Part shown: positions 18,694 through 27,455 of the stretch, piece after piece
Layout of the letters: every line of letters starts with the position of its first letter
Position numbering within the stretch: position 1 is the first letter of the stretch
Source: an uncultured Dehalococcoidia bacterium
GTDB taxonomy: Bacteria > Chloroflexota > Dehalococcoidia > Lucifugimonadales > UBA826
NCBI GenBank assembly: GCA_964414725.1
Contig: CAYPXS010000001.1
Location: 1-38,574 of the forward strand
DNA: 38,574 nucleotides
Reading direction: 5' to 3'
Notes under the pieces: model-generated
What the model saw: the letters and a program-made list of their open reading frames with translations, nothing else
Databases searched by the model: none
What the model was told of the DNA's origin: nothing
Translations under genes and position numbers: made by a program

Positions 18694-19665
18694 ATGGGCT
18701 ATTTTGAAAATATTGACCAAGTTGAAGCGACCTGGTCAAAAATAATGACTGAATGCTACGTGAATACAATATTTATTACTCCTCAGTGGCAAGGTACTTG
18801 GTGGCAGAGGTTCAAGAATGACACGACACCTGTAATAGAGGTCTTAGCTTCGGAAGGTAACACTTTAGGCATACTGCCATTGTTGCTGGAGGGGAAAGAA
18901 GCAACGTTTATTGGAGATTCTGATGTCTACGATTACATGGACTTCCCAATTGTGCAAGGTTGCGGCGAGGAATTTTTTTCAATAGCGTGGGAGCGCCTGT
19001 GTGAGATGAACTGGGATACGCTTCGCCTAGAATCCATACCTGAAAATTCTCCTACCCTCGAACACCTACCTGAGTTAGCAAGAAAGAATGGATGTACCGT
19101 TGACCTACATAATTCTGATACAACCCCTCGTATGGGCTTGCCTGATTCTTGGGAAGATTATTTAGGTGGGTTGAGGAAGAAAGATAGGCATGAGTTGAGA
19201 CGGAAACTACGACGATTGGAAGCCAATACTGATTTTAGACAATACGTTGTTGAAATTACGCACGAGTCAGTGAAAGAAGACATGGATGAGTTTTTTCGTC
19301 TCATGGCTTTAAGTAGTGATGATAAAAGTGATTTTCTCACGCAGGAAAACAAGGAATTTTTTGTTGATCTGGCGTTAATTTTTTCAAAATCAGGAAATTA
19401 TAAATTGTTTTTTATGGAGGTAGACGGACTTAGAGTCGCTAGCTGTATTTGTTTTGACTATGATGGAACATACCTTCTGTATAACAGTGGCTATGATCCG
19501 GAAAAATCTTCCTTGAGCGTAGGATTGCTTAATAAGGCTTTAACTATTCAAGAAGCCATATCGCGAGACATTAAGGAATATAATTTCCTCAGAGGTACTG
19601 AACGATATAAATATCATTTGGGAGCAAATGACCGCGCGGTTTTTGACCTGATAATAACGCGTTAA
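18694..19665 (+). CDS. GNAT-superfamily acyltransferase of the CelD/BcsL (Acetyltransf_6, FemAB-like) type
   Basis: 323 aa. It has the C-terminal motif YNFLRGTERYKYHLGA and an upstream RKKDRHELRRKLRRLE segment, both typical of this family as I recall it. Confidence 0.7.
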   Translation: MGYFENIDQVEATWSKIMTECYVNTIFITPQWQGTWWQRFKNDTTPVIEVLASEGNTLGILPLLLEGKEATFIGDSDVYDYMDFPIVQGCGEEFFSIAWERLCEMNWDTLRLESIPENSPTLEHLPELARKNGCTVDLHNSDTTPRMGLPDSWEDYLGGLRKKDRHELRRKLRRLEANTDFRQYVVEITHESVKEDMDEFFRLMALSSDDKSDFLTQENKEFFVDLALIFSKSGNYKLFFMEVDGLRVASCICFDYDGTYLLYNSGYDPEKSSLSVGLLNKALTIQEAISRDIKEYNFLRGTERYKYHLGANDRAVFDLIITR

Positions 19666-19677
19666 CGTGATGGAATA

Positions 19678-20898
19678 ATGATAATAGGATTAGTGAGTTT
19701 TCATACCTGCCCAAAGGCTAATCTTGGTGAAAAAGATGCCGGCGGAATGAATGTATATCTTGATAATCTTGCAAGAAGTTTGGATTCGATTGGTCATACG
19801 GTTTACGTTTTTACTCGTAAACATGACTTTCAAGAAGATGTCGTGCTTAGCATTGGAGCTAGATCAAAACTTGTACATATAAATGCCGGCAATCAGGAAG
19901 TTTCAAAAGAAGATCTGATCAAGCTAGTTTTTGAGTTTTCTAGAAACGTTCAAGCATATATGCTCGATGAAGGTGTCAGGTTGGAAATATTGCATAGCCA
20001 TTATTGGCTATCGGGCTTGATCGGTGAGTCGCTATCGGAAACATGGAAGATTCCTCATGTGATTACATTCCACACCTTGGCAAAAACTAAGTTGAGAGCT
20101 CTCACGGTTGGGGAAGAACATTTCTCCAGAAGTGACTCTGAATACAAATTGATGGGTAGTGCCGATGGAATTCTGGTTTTAACGCAAAAAGAAATTCAAG
20201 ACATAGAACAATTGTATGGGGAATTCACAAATAAGATTGCCGTTGTACCTCCTGGAATAGATCTAAAAATGTTTTATCCATATTGTATTGCTGCCGCGAG
20301 AGATGAATTAAATATACCTAGAGAAAGCAAGATGATTCTTTTTGTAGGCCGAATAGATCCTATAAAAGGTCTCGAGGTTTTGGTGCGGGCAGTATCATTG
20401 ATAGCTTCTGAGAAAGATATATTTCTCTATATTGTCGGAGGGGCCGATGAAGGGGACAAATATTTAAGTTCCATAAAAACCTTAGTGAAGGAAACTGGAT
20501 TAGCTGAAAAGGTGATTTTCACAGGATCGATTGCCCATGACGAACTAAGGGCTTATTACAATGCTGCAGATGTTTTTGTACTACCTTCACATTACGAAAG
20601 TTTGGGTTTTGTAGCCATAGAAGCAATGGCATGTGGCACCCCAGTAGTCGCATCAAGGGTAGGCGGAATCCCATCAATTGTTGATCATGGATCCACCGGG
20701 TATCTCATCCCTTGGCGCTGCCCGGAAGCTTTCGCTGGTCGGATAGAAGTCTTATTAAAAAACGAAGATTTAAATCGTTTTATGTCTGAACAAGCTCTAA
20801 AAAGGTCATATTCCGTAAGTTGGGATTCTACGGCTAAAATAGTATCTCATTATTATACTGAAATTATCTCAGATTCTGTAGACATTCAGGCCGTTTAA
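19678..20898 (+). CDS. Family-4 glycosyltransferase, MshA-like (D-inositol-3-phosphate glycosyltransferase-like)
   Basis: 406 aa. It has DAGGMNVY and HSHYWLSG in the N-domain. The C-domain has the GT4 EX7E region (PSHYESLGFVAIEAMACGTPVVASRVGG). Confidence 0.8.
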   Translation: MIIGLVSFHTCPKANLGEKDAGGMNVYLDNLARSLDSIGHTVYVFTRKHDFQEDVVLSIGARSKLVHINAGNQEVSKEDLIKLVFEFSRNVQAYMLDEGVRLEILHSHYWLSGLIGESLSETWKIPHVITFHTLAKTKLRALTVGEEHFSRSDSEYKLMGSADGILVLTQKEIQDIEQLYGEFTNKIAVVPPGIDLKMFYPYCIAAARDELNIPRESKMILFVGRIDPIKGLEVLVRAVSLIASEKDIFLYIVGGADEGDKYLSSIKTLVKETGLAEKVIFTGSIAHDELRAYYNAADVFVLPSHYESLGFVAIEAMACGTPVVASRVGGIPSIVDHGSTGYLIPWRCPEAFAGRIEVLLKNEDLNRFMSEQALKRSYSVSWDSTAKIVSHYYTEIISDSVDIQAV

Positions 20899-20900
20899 CC

Positions 20901-21806
20901 TTACAGGTCCTTCTGGTACCAATAGGTTTGGTCTACTTTTTTAAATCCGATACTTTCATACAAATTGGTTGCTGGGATATTTTCAGAATCTACTTCTAGC
21001 TCTATATGGGGGACATTTTGAGATATCAAATAGTGCATTCCCGCAAGGACAACAGCTCTTCCTAATCGTAACCCGCGGTATTTGGGGTGAACCCCAGTCA
21101 TGGCAACCCAGCCTACAGCCGAGTCAGCGTTGCGGGATTCCATTGTCCAATTATACCCGGCTATTTCACTGTCTTTTTCTATAAATATAATTCCCTGATT
21201 GGTAGTCCGTTCCATTCGGGTTCGATACACGATTTGCTCCATATCATTTGGTGAAAAGCCCCAATGGGTTTCAAAAGATAGATTTTGGAGCTCCATTAAT
21301 GCTTTTGCATCCTTCGCACTATCGAAGTGTCTCAAAGAATAACCTTCAGGTAATAGCAAATCTTCAAGTTCTGGGTTTTCAAATTTTAGATTCCAGTATG
21401 TTTTTATTTTTTTCCAGGCGTTGGTTTTAAAAATTTGTGGTGATTCTTTATCGTACTGTGAGATTTGGAAATTGATTACTTGCGCGTTTATTTCGGAGCC
21501 TCTTTTTACGGCAAGATCAATAAATTTTTGTAGTACATTTTCAAAGTATGGGCCAGGTTTAATGGTTTGAAGGCCAACCAGCCTTCCTATAGGAGCTTCA
21601 TCAATGAGTTGAAGGAATCCAATAATGTCATTTTCCGACAGTACTATATAACAGTCATTTTCTGGTTTTGAAGGAGGGACATTAATGCTCTGGTCAAAGA
21701 AAATTTGAGATAATTCTTTGGGTGAATCAAAAGACTCGTTAACTGAATTGATGAATTCTACGAGTTTTGTTTGATAAGCGGTTGAAAAATTGGTGATTTT
21801 AATCAT
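20901..21806 (-). CDS. Two-domain GNAT N-acetyltransferase (MshD-like architecture)
   Basis: 301 aa. The C-terminal domain has the classic acetyl-CoA motif HPKYRGLRLGRAV and LYESIGF. The N-terminal half is a second, degenerate GNAT-like fold. Confidence 0.7.
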   Translation of the reverse strand: MIKITNFSTAYQTKLVEFINSVNESFDSPKELSQIFFDQSINVPPSKPENDCYIVLSENDIIGFLQLIDEAPIGRLVGLQTIKPGPYFENVLQKFIDLAVKRGSEINAQVINFQISQYDKESPQIFKTNAWKKIKTYWNLKFENPELEDLLLPEGYSLRHFDSAKDAKALMELQNLSFETHWGFSPNDMEQIVYRTRMERTTNQGIIFIEKDSEIAGYNWTMESRNADSAVGWVAMTGVHPKYRGLRLGRAVVLAGMHYLISQNVPHIELEVDSENIPATNLYESIGFKKVDQTYWYQKDL

Positions 21807-21881
21807 TTGATATTAAAAAATTATTTAAGCTGTGATTCTATCAGAGTAGCCGGAATTATTTCAGAGGTGTAATTTAGAATT

Positions 21882-22610
21882 ATGATCGATATATACGACA
21901 CCCACAACCACCTTTTGCCGGGCGTGGATGACGGCCCTCAGGAATTCTCAGAAGCGATCAAGATATGCAAAATTGCAGAGAGTCAAAATACGAAGTCCGT
22001 CATTGTAACCCCTCATCGTAAAGATGTTAATGAGAATCTTTCGGTGCAGATAATAAAAAACCTTGTTTTGGAAATAAATCAGACCCTTAAGGAATATCAG
22101 GTAGATATTGAGATCAAATTAGGAATGGAAAATCATATCGATTTAGGGCTATTAAAAGACATAAGGGAAGGTAAGGCTCTGACATTAAATGATAGTAAAT
22201 ACATACTAGTCGAAATGCCATGGGAAGGACGGCCTTCATATATTGAAGAAGTTATCACCGATTTGTTGAGTTATGGTCTGATCCCAGTGTTAGCACATCC
22301 CGAAAGAATGAAACTGTTCGAAGTAGAACCTAATTTGTTATTTGATTTCGTTCAAATGGGCTGTTTATCTCAACTGACTGCAAGTAGTTTATACGGCAAA
22401 TTTGGTAATACTGCTTTGAATAATTCAATTGAGATTATGAAACAAGGATTAGTACACATAATTGCCTCTGACACCCACATGGCTGTGGGGCAGAGATGCT
22501 ATGACATGGAACTGGGGTTTACTCACGCAAAACGTATGATCGGCATAGAGGATGCTACTATGCTGTTTTCCACGAACCCCTTAAATATTTTGGAAAATCA
22601 GAAAATTTAA
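21882..22610 (+). CDS. PHP-domain protein-tyrosine phosphatase, CpsB/YwqE family
   Basis: 242 aa. It has the N-terminal motif DTHNHLLPGVDDGP, then TPH, AHPER and SDTH metal-ligand motifs. Confidence 0.75.
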   Translation: MIDIYDTHNHLLPGVDDGPQEFSEAIKICKIAESQNTKSVIVTPHRKDVNENLSVQIIKNLVLEINQTLKEYQVDIEIKLGMENHIDLGLLKDIREGKALTLNDSKYILVEMPWEGRPSYIEEVITDLLSYGLIPVLAHPERMKLFEVEPNLLFDFVQMGCLSQLTASSLYGKFGNTALNNSIEIMKQGLVHIIASDTHMAVGQRCYDMELGFTHAKRMIGIEDATMLFSTNPLNILENQKI

Positions 22611-22611
22611 T

Positions 22612-23229
22612 TTATTCAAGAATTCCCAAAACTTTTTGCCAAATTATTTCTCTGATCGCTTCGGTTGATTTTTGACCGTCTATGATATTCCATACTTTTT
22701 GATTCGACTTGGCAAGGCTTAGATAGCCCTTTCTAACTTCACTGTGGAATTCCATCGATTCTTTTTCAAATCTATCCTTGGGGTCTGATTGTTTTCTTTT
22801 AAAGGATAATTCTGGATCTATGTCTAGCAAAAATACTAAGTCTGGAACTAATTGTGACGTCGCGATGGAATTAATCTCGGCGATAACATTGAGGTCCAGT
22901 CCTTTAGCATACCCTTGGTAGGCGATTGAGGAATATATATACCTGTCGCATACGACCACTGAGTTTGAATCGAGAGCAGGTAAAATTTCATTTTGGATTA
23001 ACTCAGATCTTGCTGCGGAAAATAGAAATAGCTCAGATAATGGGCTTAGTTCTGTACCTTGTAAAATGAGGTTTCGTATCTTTTCACCCGTATTTGTACT
23101 TCCAGGTTCTCTAACTAACAAATTTGCGAATCCTGTTGAGGTGAGTCTCTCGGAAAGAAGGAGAGACTGGGTACTTTTTCCACTCCCCTCCACCCCTTCC
23201 AGTACTATGAAGACCTTTTTACTAGTCAT
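22612..23229 (-). CDS. tmk: Thymidylate kinase
   Basis: 205 aa. It has the P-loop LEGVEGSGKSTQ, the DRY motif (CDRYIYSSIAYQG), and a lid region. Confidence 0.92.
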   Translation of the reverse strand: MTSKKVFIVLEGVEGSGKSTQSLLLSERLTSTGFANLLVREPGSTNTGEKIRNLILQGTELSPLSELFLFSAARSELIQNEILPALDSNSVVVCDRYIYSSIAYQGYAKGLDLNVIAEINSIATSQLVPDLVFLLDIDPELSFKRKQSDPKDRFEKESMEFHSEVRKGYLSLAKSNQKVWNIIDGQKSTEAIREIIWQKVLGILE

Positions 23230-24790
23230 TGGCTTTATTTATCAAGACTGATCTATGAGGCTCTTTACCTTCGCTGCTGGATTCAAGCCCGTATTCACCA
23301 GCTATTTGGTGTTGAAGCCTTCTCACATAGGAATTTTGAGCCCTAAGGGTAATTGAAGGTTCTCCGTTAACTATTTTTTGGGCAGCCTGTTCGGCTTCTA
23401 ATAAAGCCAGTGACCTTTCTGATTCTGAAACCATTGGGGATTGCTCATTCTTCGTTACTGCTCTTACAAATTGCTCAATTTGGTGAACCGTATTTTTCCG
23501 CAGTACAAACACTGGTTTGCCCATTTTCTCGGCACTTTTTAATGCTTGGGTTCCTCTGCGGTGGTAATTTTTTGTCGTCACTAGCATTTCTGCTTTATTA
23601 ATGTCTCCGACTAGAGTTATGGGCGCATTTAGGGATCTGATTACTTGGTCAAATCTACCCTTATTAACACCGTAGGGCATAATGGGAGTCAGTTTTATTG
23701 CCTCATTTGGCGAATGCTCACTACCATTTAGGTTCTCAAAATTTGCCTCTTGAGAGTCAGGGTTTCGATTTATTTCATTGGATTTAGAGGAACTTACGTG
23801 CTTTCTAATCGTACCGTCGTCTTCTACCGATCTCACCTCGGAATTAACCGTCTGCTTCCTTAGCATTCTATCCACAGTTGAGGCAACATCCGAATGAACT
23901 GTTACTAGATTCCATTCCTGTATTTCGACTAATTTTTCAAAAGTTGGAGGGGCATTTCGCTCTAGGACGGTCTTTTGGGTCCTCCTTCTCCTGGCTTCAA
24001 TATCTCCCAGAGTCACTGTTTGTATGCCTCCGACCAAATCGGATAAGGTAGGATTCATAATCAGGTTTTCAAGTGTGTTGCCATGAGCTGTGGCTACCAA
24101 TTGGACACCTCTTTCGGCGATCGTTCTAGCCGCATTTGCTTCAAGTTCGGTGCCAATTTCATCTATAATAATTACTTCCGGCATATGGTTTTCCACTGCC
24201 TCTATCATTACGTCGTGTTGTTTTGTAGGAGATGGAACCTGCATTCTTCGAGATCTACCTATGGCTTTATGAGGTATGTCTCCATCGCCAGCTATTTCAT
24301 TTGATGTATCTACTACTATCACTCGCTTCCCTGCATCGTCTGCAAGTACCCTCGCTACCTCTCTCAGCATCGTTGTCTTTCCGACCCCTGGTTTTCCTAG
24401 CAGTAGCACACTTTCCCCTGACAGAATTAAGTCTTCAATGATTTTTATAGTGCCATAGACTGCTCTACCTACTCTAAAGGTAATGCCGACTATTTTCCCA
24501 GAGCGGTTTCTTATTGCAGAGATGCGATGAAGAGTACGTTCAATACCAGCCCTATTGTCGGCACCAAAAAGACCAATTCTACTTATGGCATACTCAAGGT
24601 CATCTTTGGTAACCTCATCAGTTTCCAGAAGCTTGTTTTGTCCTAGGAATCGGGCTTCAGGTTGCCTTCCTAAATCCAGGACTACCTCAAGTAATTGTTC
24701 TACATTTTTCTCAGACAGCAGAAGTGCCCGTAATCTTTCAGGGATCACATCCAATAGGACATTAAGATCTATATCTGTTTCTTGGATCAC
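23222..24790 (-). CDS. AAA-type ATPase with C-terminal R3H nucleic-acid-binding domain (ycf45 / SpoIIIAA-like)
   Basis: 522 aa. It has Walker A LLGKPGVGKTT, Walker B VIIIDEIG, and a C-terminal R3H motif (YVRRLQHQIAGEYGL). It overlaps the tmk start by 8 nt. Confidence 0.8.
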   Translation of the reverse strand: MIQETDIDLNVLLDVIPERLRALLLSEKNVEQLLEVVLDLGRQPEARFLGQNKLLETDEVTKDDLEYAISRIGLFGADNRAGIERTLHRISAIRNRSGKIVGITFRVGRAVYGTIKIIEDLILSGESVLLLGKPGVGKTTMLREVARVLADDAGKRVIVVDTSNEIAGDGDIPHKAIGRSRRMQVPSPTKQHDVMIEAVENHMPEVIIIDEIGTELEANAARTIAERGVQLVATAHGNTLENLIMNPTLSDLVGGIQTVTLGDIEARRRRTQKTVLERNAPPTFEKLVEIQEWNLVTVHSDVASTVDRMLRKQTVNSEVRSVEDDGTIRKHVSSSKSNEINRNPDSQEANFENLNGSEHSPNEAIKLTPIMPYGVNKGRFDQVIRSLNAPITLVGDINKAEMLVTTKNYHRRGTQALKSAEKMGKPVFVLRKNTVHQIEQFVRAVTKNEQSPMVSESERSLALLEAEQAAQKIVNGEPSITLRAQNSYVRRLQHQIAGEYGLESSSEGKEPHRSVLINKAND

Positions 24791-24813
24791 TTCTGTGGTG
24801 GTCCTCCCAAGCT

Positions 24814-25395
24814 TTATGGTCTTGAATGGGCTATATCTACGAACATTGAATGCATTCGTGAATCTTCTGTTAGTTCAGGATGAAACGAAGTGGCGATAAC
24901 TCGGTTTTGTTTAACGGCCACCGGTTTCCCATCATCTACTTCAGCTAATATTTCTACATCGGTTCCGATTTGAGTTACAAGAGGGGCTCTTATAAAAATG
25001 GCGTGCATAGGAGGGCCATCCATTCCTTGGATATCCAAATCAGTTTCGAAACTGTCTATTTGTCTTCCGAAAGCGTTGCGGCTGACCTCAATATCCATCA
25101 ATCCAAGCGGGTCTGGTCTTTTGTCCTTAAGATTCTTCGCTATGACTATCATTCCTGCACAGGTGCCCCATATAGCAAGACCTTGATTTACTTTGTCTAC
25201 CAAAGGTGCCCTTAGTCCATATATGTCTATCAATTGGACTATAGTTGTGCTTTCTCCGCCCGGTATTATCAAACCTTCCAAATTTTCTAATTCGTCCGGC
25301 AACCGCACTTCTTTCGATTCAATTCCAATCGAATCTAGCATCTTCCTGTGTTCTAAAAAGTCGCCTTGTATAGCCAAGACGCCTATGGATGCCAA
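24814..25395 (-). CDS. pdxT: Pyridoxal 5'-phosphate synthase, glutaminase subunit
   Basis: 193 aa. It has IGVLAIQGDF, the catalytic Cys in WGTCAGMI, and TSFHPELT. Confidence 0.93.
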   Translation of the reverse strand: MASIGVLAIQGDFLEHRKMLDSIGIESKEVRLPDELENLEGLIIPGGESTTIVQLIDIYGLRAPLVDKVNQGLAIWGTCAGMIVIAKNLKDKRPDPLGLMDIEVSRNAFGRQIDSFETDLDIQGMDGPPMHAIFIRAPLVTQIGTDVEILAEVDDGKPVAVKQNRVIATSFHPELTEDSRMHSMFVDIAHSRP

Positions 25396-25397
25396 CC

Positions 25398-26297
25398 TTA
25401 CCAGCCCCTGGTGGCGAATTGCTCTGATTCAGGCATACTTCTGACATCAAGTCCTGGCATGGAGGCTCCTAGCCCTTTGGAAACGGAAGCCAACATTTCT
25501 GGATCCTTGTAGTGGGTGGTGGCCTTAACAATGGCATCAGCCATAATTTGAGGGTTTTCGGACTTGAATATTCCAGAACCTACGAATACTCCGTCGACAC
25601 CAATTTGCATCATAAGTGCGGCGTCGGATGGAGTCGAAATTCCTCCAGCAGCGAAGTTCACGACGGGTAAAGAACCGGTCTCATGTATTACTTTGACCAG
25701 TTCATAGGGTGCTTTTAAATCGCGGGCAGTCGCCATTAATTCGTCTATTTCCATCCCTTTGATATGGTTGATTTGACCAAGAACCTTTCTAGCATGTCGA
25801 ACAGCTTCTACGATGTTTCCTGAACCTGCTTCTCCTTTGGTTCGGATCATTGCGGCCCCTTCTCCAATTCTTCGGAGCGCTTCCCCTAAATCTCTAGCAC
25901 CACACACAAAAGGTACTGAAAAGTCGTGTTTGTTAATGTGGTTGTTTTCATCTGCTGGGGTAAGTACCTCAGATTCGTCTATATAATCGGTTCCAAGGGC
26001 TTCCAAAACTTGGGCTTCCACAAAATGACCAATTCTTGCTTTAGCCATTACGGGAATAGTAACGGCCTCAATTATCTCTGAAATCATCTGCGGGTCCGAC
26101 ATCCTTGCCACGCCACCCGCTGCCCTGATATCAGAAGGAACTCTCTCAAGTGCCATTACGGCAACCGCACCAGCGTTTTCTGCGATTTTCGCTTGGTCTG
26201 GTGTGACCACATCCATAATCACGCCACCTTTCAACATTTGGGCCAATCCTGATTTTACTGCCCAAGTTCCTGTACTAGGTTTTATTTCTGTTGCCAT
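25398..26297 (-). CDS. pdxS: Pyridoxal 5'-phosphate synthase, synthase subunit
   Basis: 299 aa. It has [36 protein letters not shown] and NFAAGGI. It lies 2 nt upstream of pdxT. Confidence 0.96.
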   Translation of the reverse strand: MATEIKPSTGTWAVKSGLAQMLKGGVIMDVVTPDQAKIAENAGAVAVMALERVPSDIRAAGGVARMSDPQMISEIIEAVTIPVMAKARIGHFVEAQVLEALGTDYIDESEVLTPADENNHINKHDFSVPFVCGARDLGEALRRIGEGAAMIRTKGEAGSGNIVEAVRHARKVLGQINHIKGMEIDELMATARDLKAPYELVKVIHETGSLPVVNFAAGGISTPSDAALMMQIGVDGVFVGSGIFKSENPQIMADAIVKATTHYKDPEMLASVSKGLGASMPGLDVRSMPESEQFATRGW

Positions 26298-26343
26298 TTA
26301 TAGCCTCCGTAGTCAATTTTGCAAAATGAAAGCAATCACGCAA

Positions 26344-26373
26344 ATTATAACGCCACATGCTGTCAGGCTTCAA
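26344..26373 (-). promoter_or_regulatory. Candidate sigma70-type promoter for pdxS-pdxT (-35 TTGAAG, 18-nt spacer, -10 TATAAT)
   Basis: The minus strand has TTGAAG at 26373-26368 and TATAAT at 26349-26344. SD GGAGG lies 7 nt before the pdxS ATG. Confidence 0.35.
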
Positions 26374-26394
26374 TTAAGAGCTTTAAAGTTAATT

Positions 26395-27408
26395 TTATAT
26401 GCCAGCTTCTGCGACAAGTTTTGCAAGGTCCACCGTTCTACAGCTGTATCCCCATTCATTGTCGTACCATCCGACCACTTTTGCCATATTATCTTCCAAA
26501 GTTATTGTGGACAAACCATCAATAGTGCAGCTAAATCGACTTTCACGATAATCGGAACTAACGAGTGGTTCGTCAGAATAATCTAGTATGCCGCTGAGTT
26601 TATTTTGGGAAACTTCCATATATGCTTGATTAATATCTTCTGCGGTCGCTTTGTTCTTAAGTGTAGCAACAAAGTCAGTTACGGATACAGTGGCAGTTGG
26701 CACCCTGAATGCCATACCGTGCACTTTACCGTATAGATTTGGCAGGACTTGTCCTACTGCTTTGGCGGCACCTGTAGTAGTTGGAATGATATTCATAGCT
26801 GCTGCACGTGCCCGTCGCATGTCTTTGTGTCTTTTATCCAGAACTTGCTGATCATTGGTGTAAGCATGGATCGTTGTCATCATTCCCTGCTGTACACCGA
26901 AGTAATCGTCTAATACTTTCACTAAGGGTGCAACGCAATTAGTGGTACAGGAAGCGTTGGATAATATGTGATGTTTGTTTTTATCGTATTGATGTTCGTT
27001 CACTCCGATCACTACCGTAAGGTCTTCATTTTTTGCAGGGGCCGAAATAATTACTTTTTTGGCACCTCCTTTCAAATGGCCAGATGCCTTAGCCGAGTCA
27101 GTAAATTTTCCTGTGCATTCGATTACGATATCTACACCGTGGTCCCCCCATGGTAATTGGGATGGGTTCTCAGAGTTTAAACAAGCTACAGGATTGCCAT
27201 CTATTACGATTGAATCTTCGGTCCACGAAACATCACCTTTATAGGTTCCGTAGGTTGTATCGTATTTGAACATATGAGCATTATTTTCAGGGTCTGCGAA
27301 ACTGTTTATCGCTCCCACTTCCACATCTTCGTATCCTTCTTGCACAACAGCTCTTAGTACTAACCTACCTATTCTGCCAAATCCGTTAATGCCGATCCGT
27401 GTCTTCAT
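26395..27408 (-). CDS. gap: Glyceraldehyde-3-phosphate dehydrogenase (type I)
   Basis: 337 aa. It has INGFGRIGR, the catalytic motif SNASCTTNC, and WYDNEWGYS. Confidence 0.96.
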   Translation of the reverse strand: MKTRIGINGFGRIGRLVLRAVVQEGYEDVEVGAINSFADPENNAHMFKYDTTYGTYKGDVSWTEDSIVIDGNPVACLNSENPSQLPWGDHGVDIVIECTGKFTDSAKASGHLKGGAKKVIISAPAKNEDLTVVIGVNEHQYDKNKHHILSNASCTTNCVAPLVKVLDDYFGVQQGMMTTIHAYTNDQQVLDKRHKDMRRARAAAMNIIPTTTGAAKAVGQVLPNLYGKVHGMAFRVPTATVSVTDFVATLKNKATAEDINQAYMEVSQNKLSGILDYSDEPLVSSDYRESRFSCTIDGLSTITLEDNMAKVVGWYDNEWGYSCRTVDLAKLVAEAGI

Positions 27409-27455
27409 TTAATTTAAACCCTTCTAATCTACTAACTATCCCTATGTATATTTAA

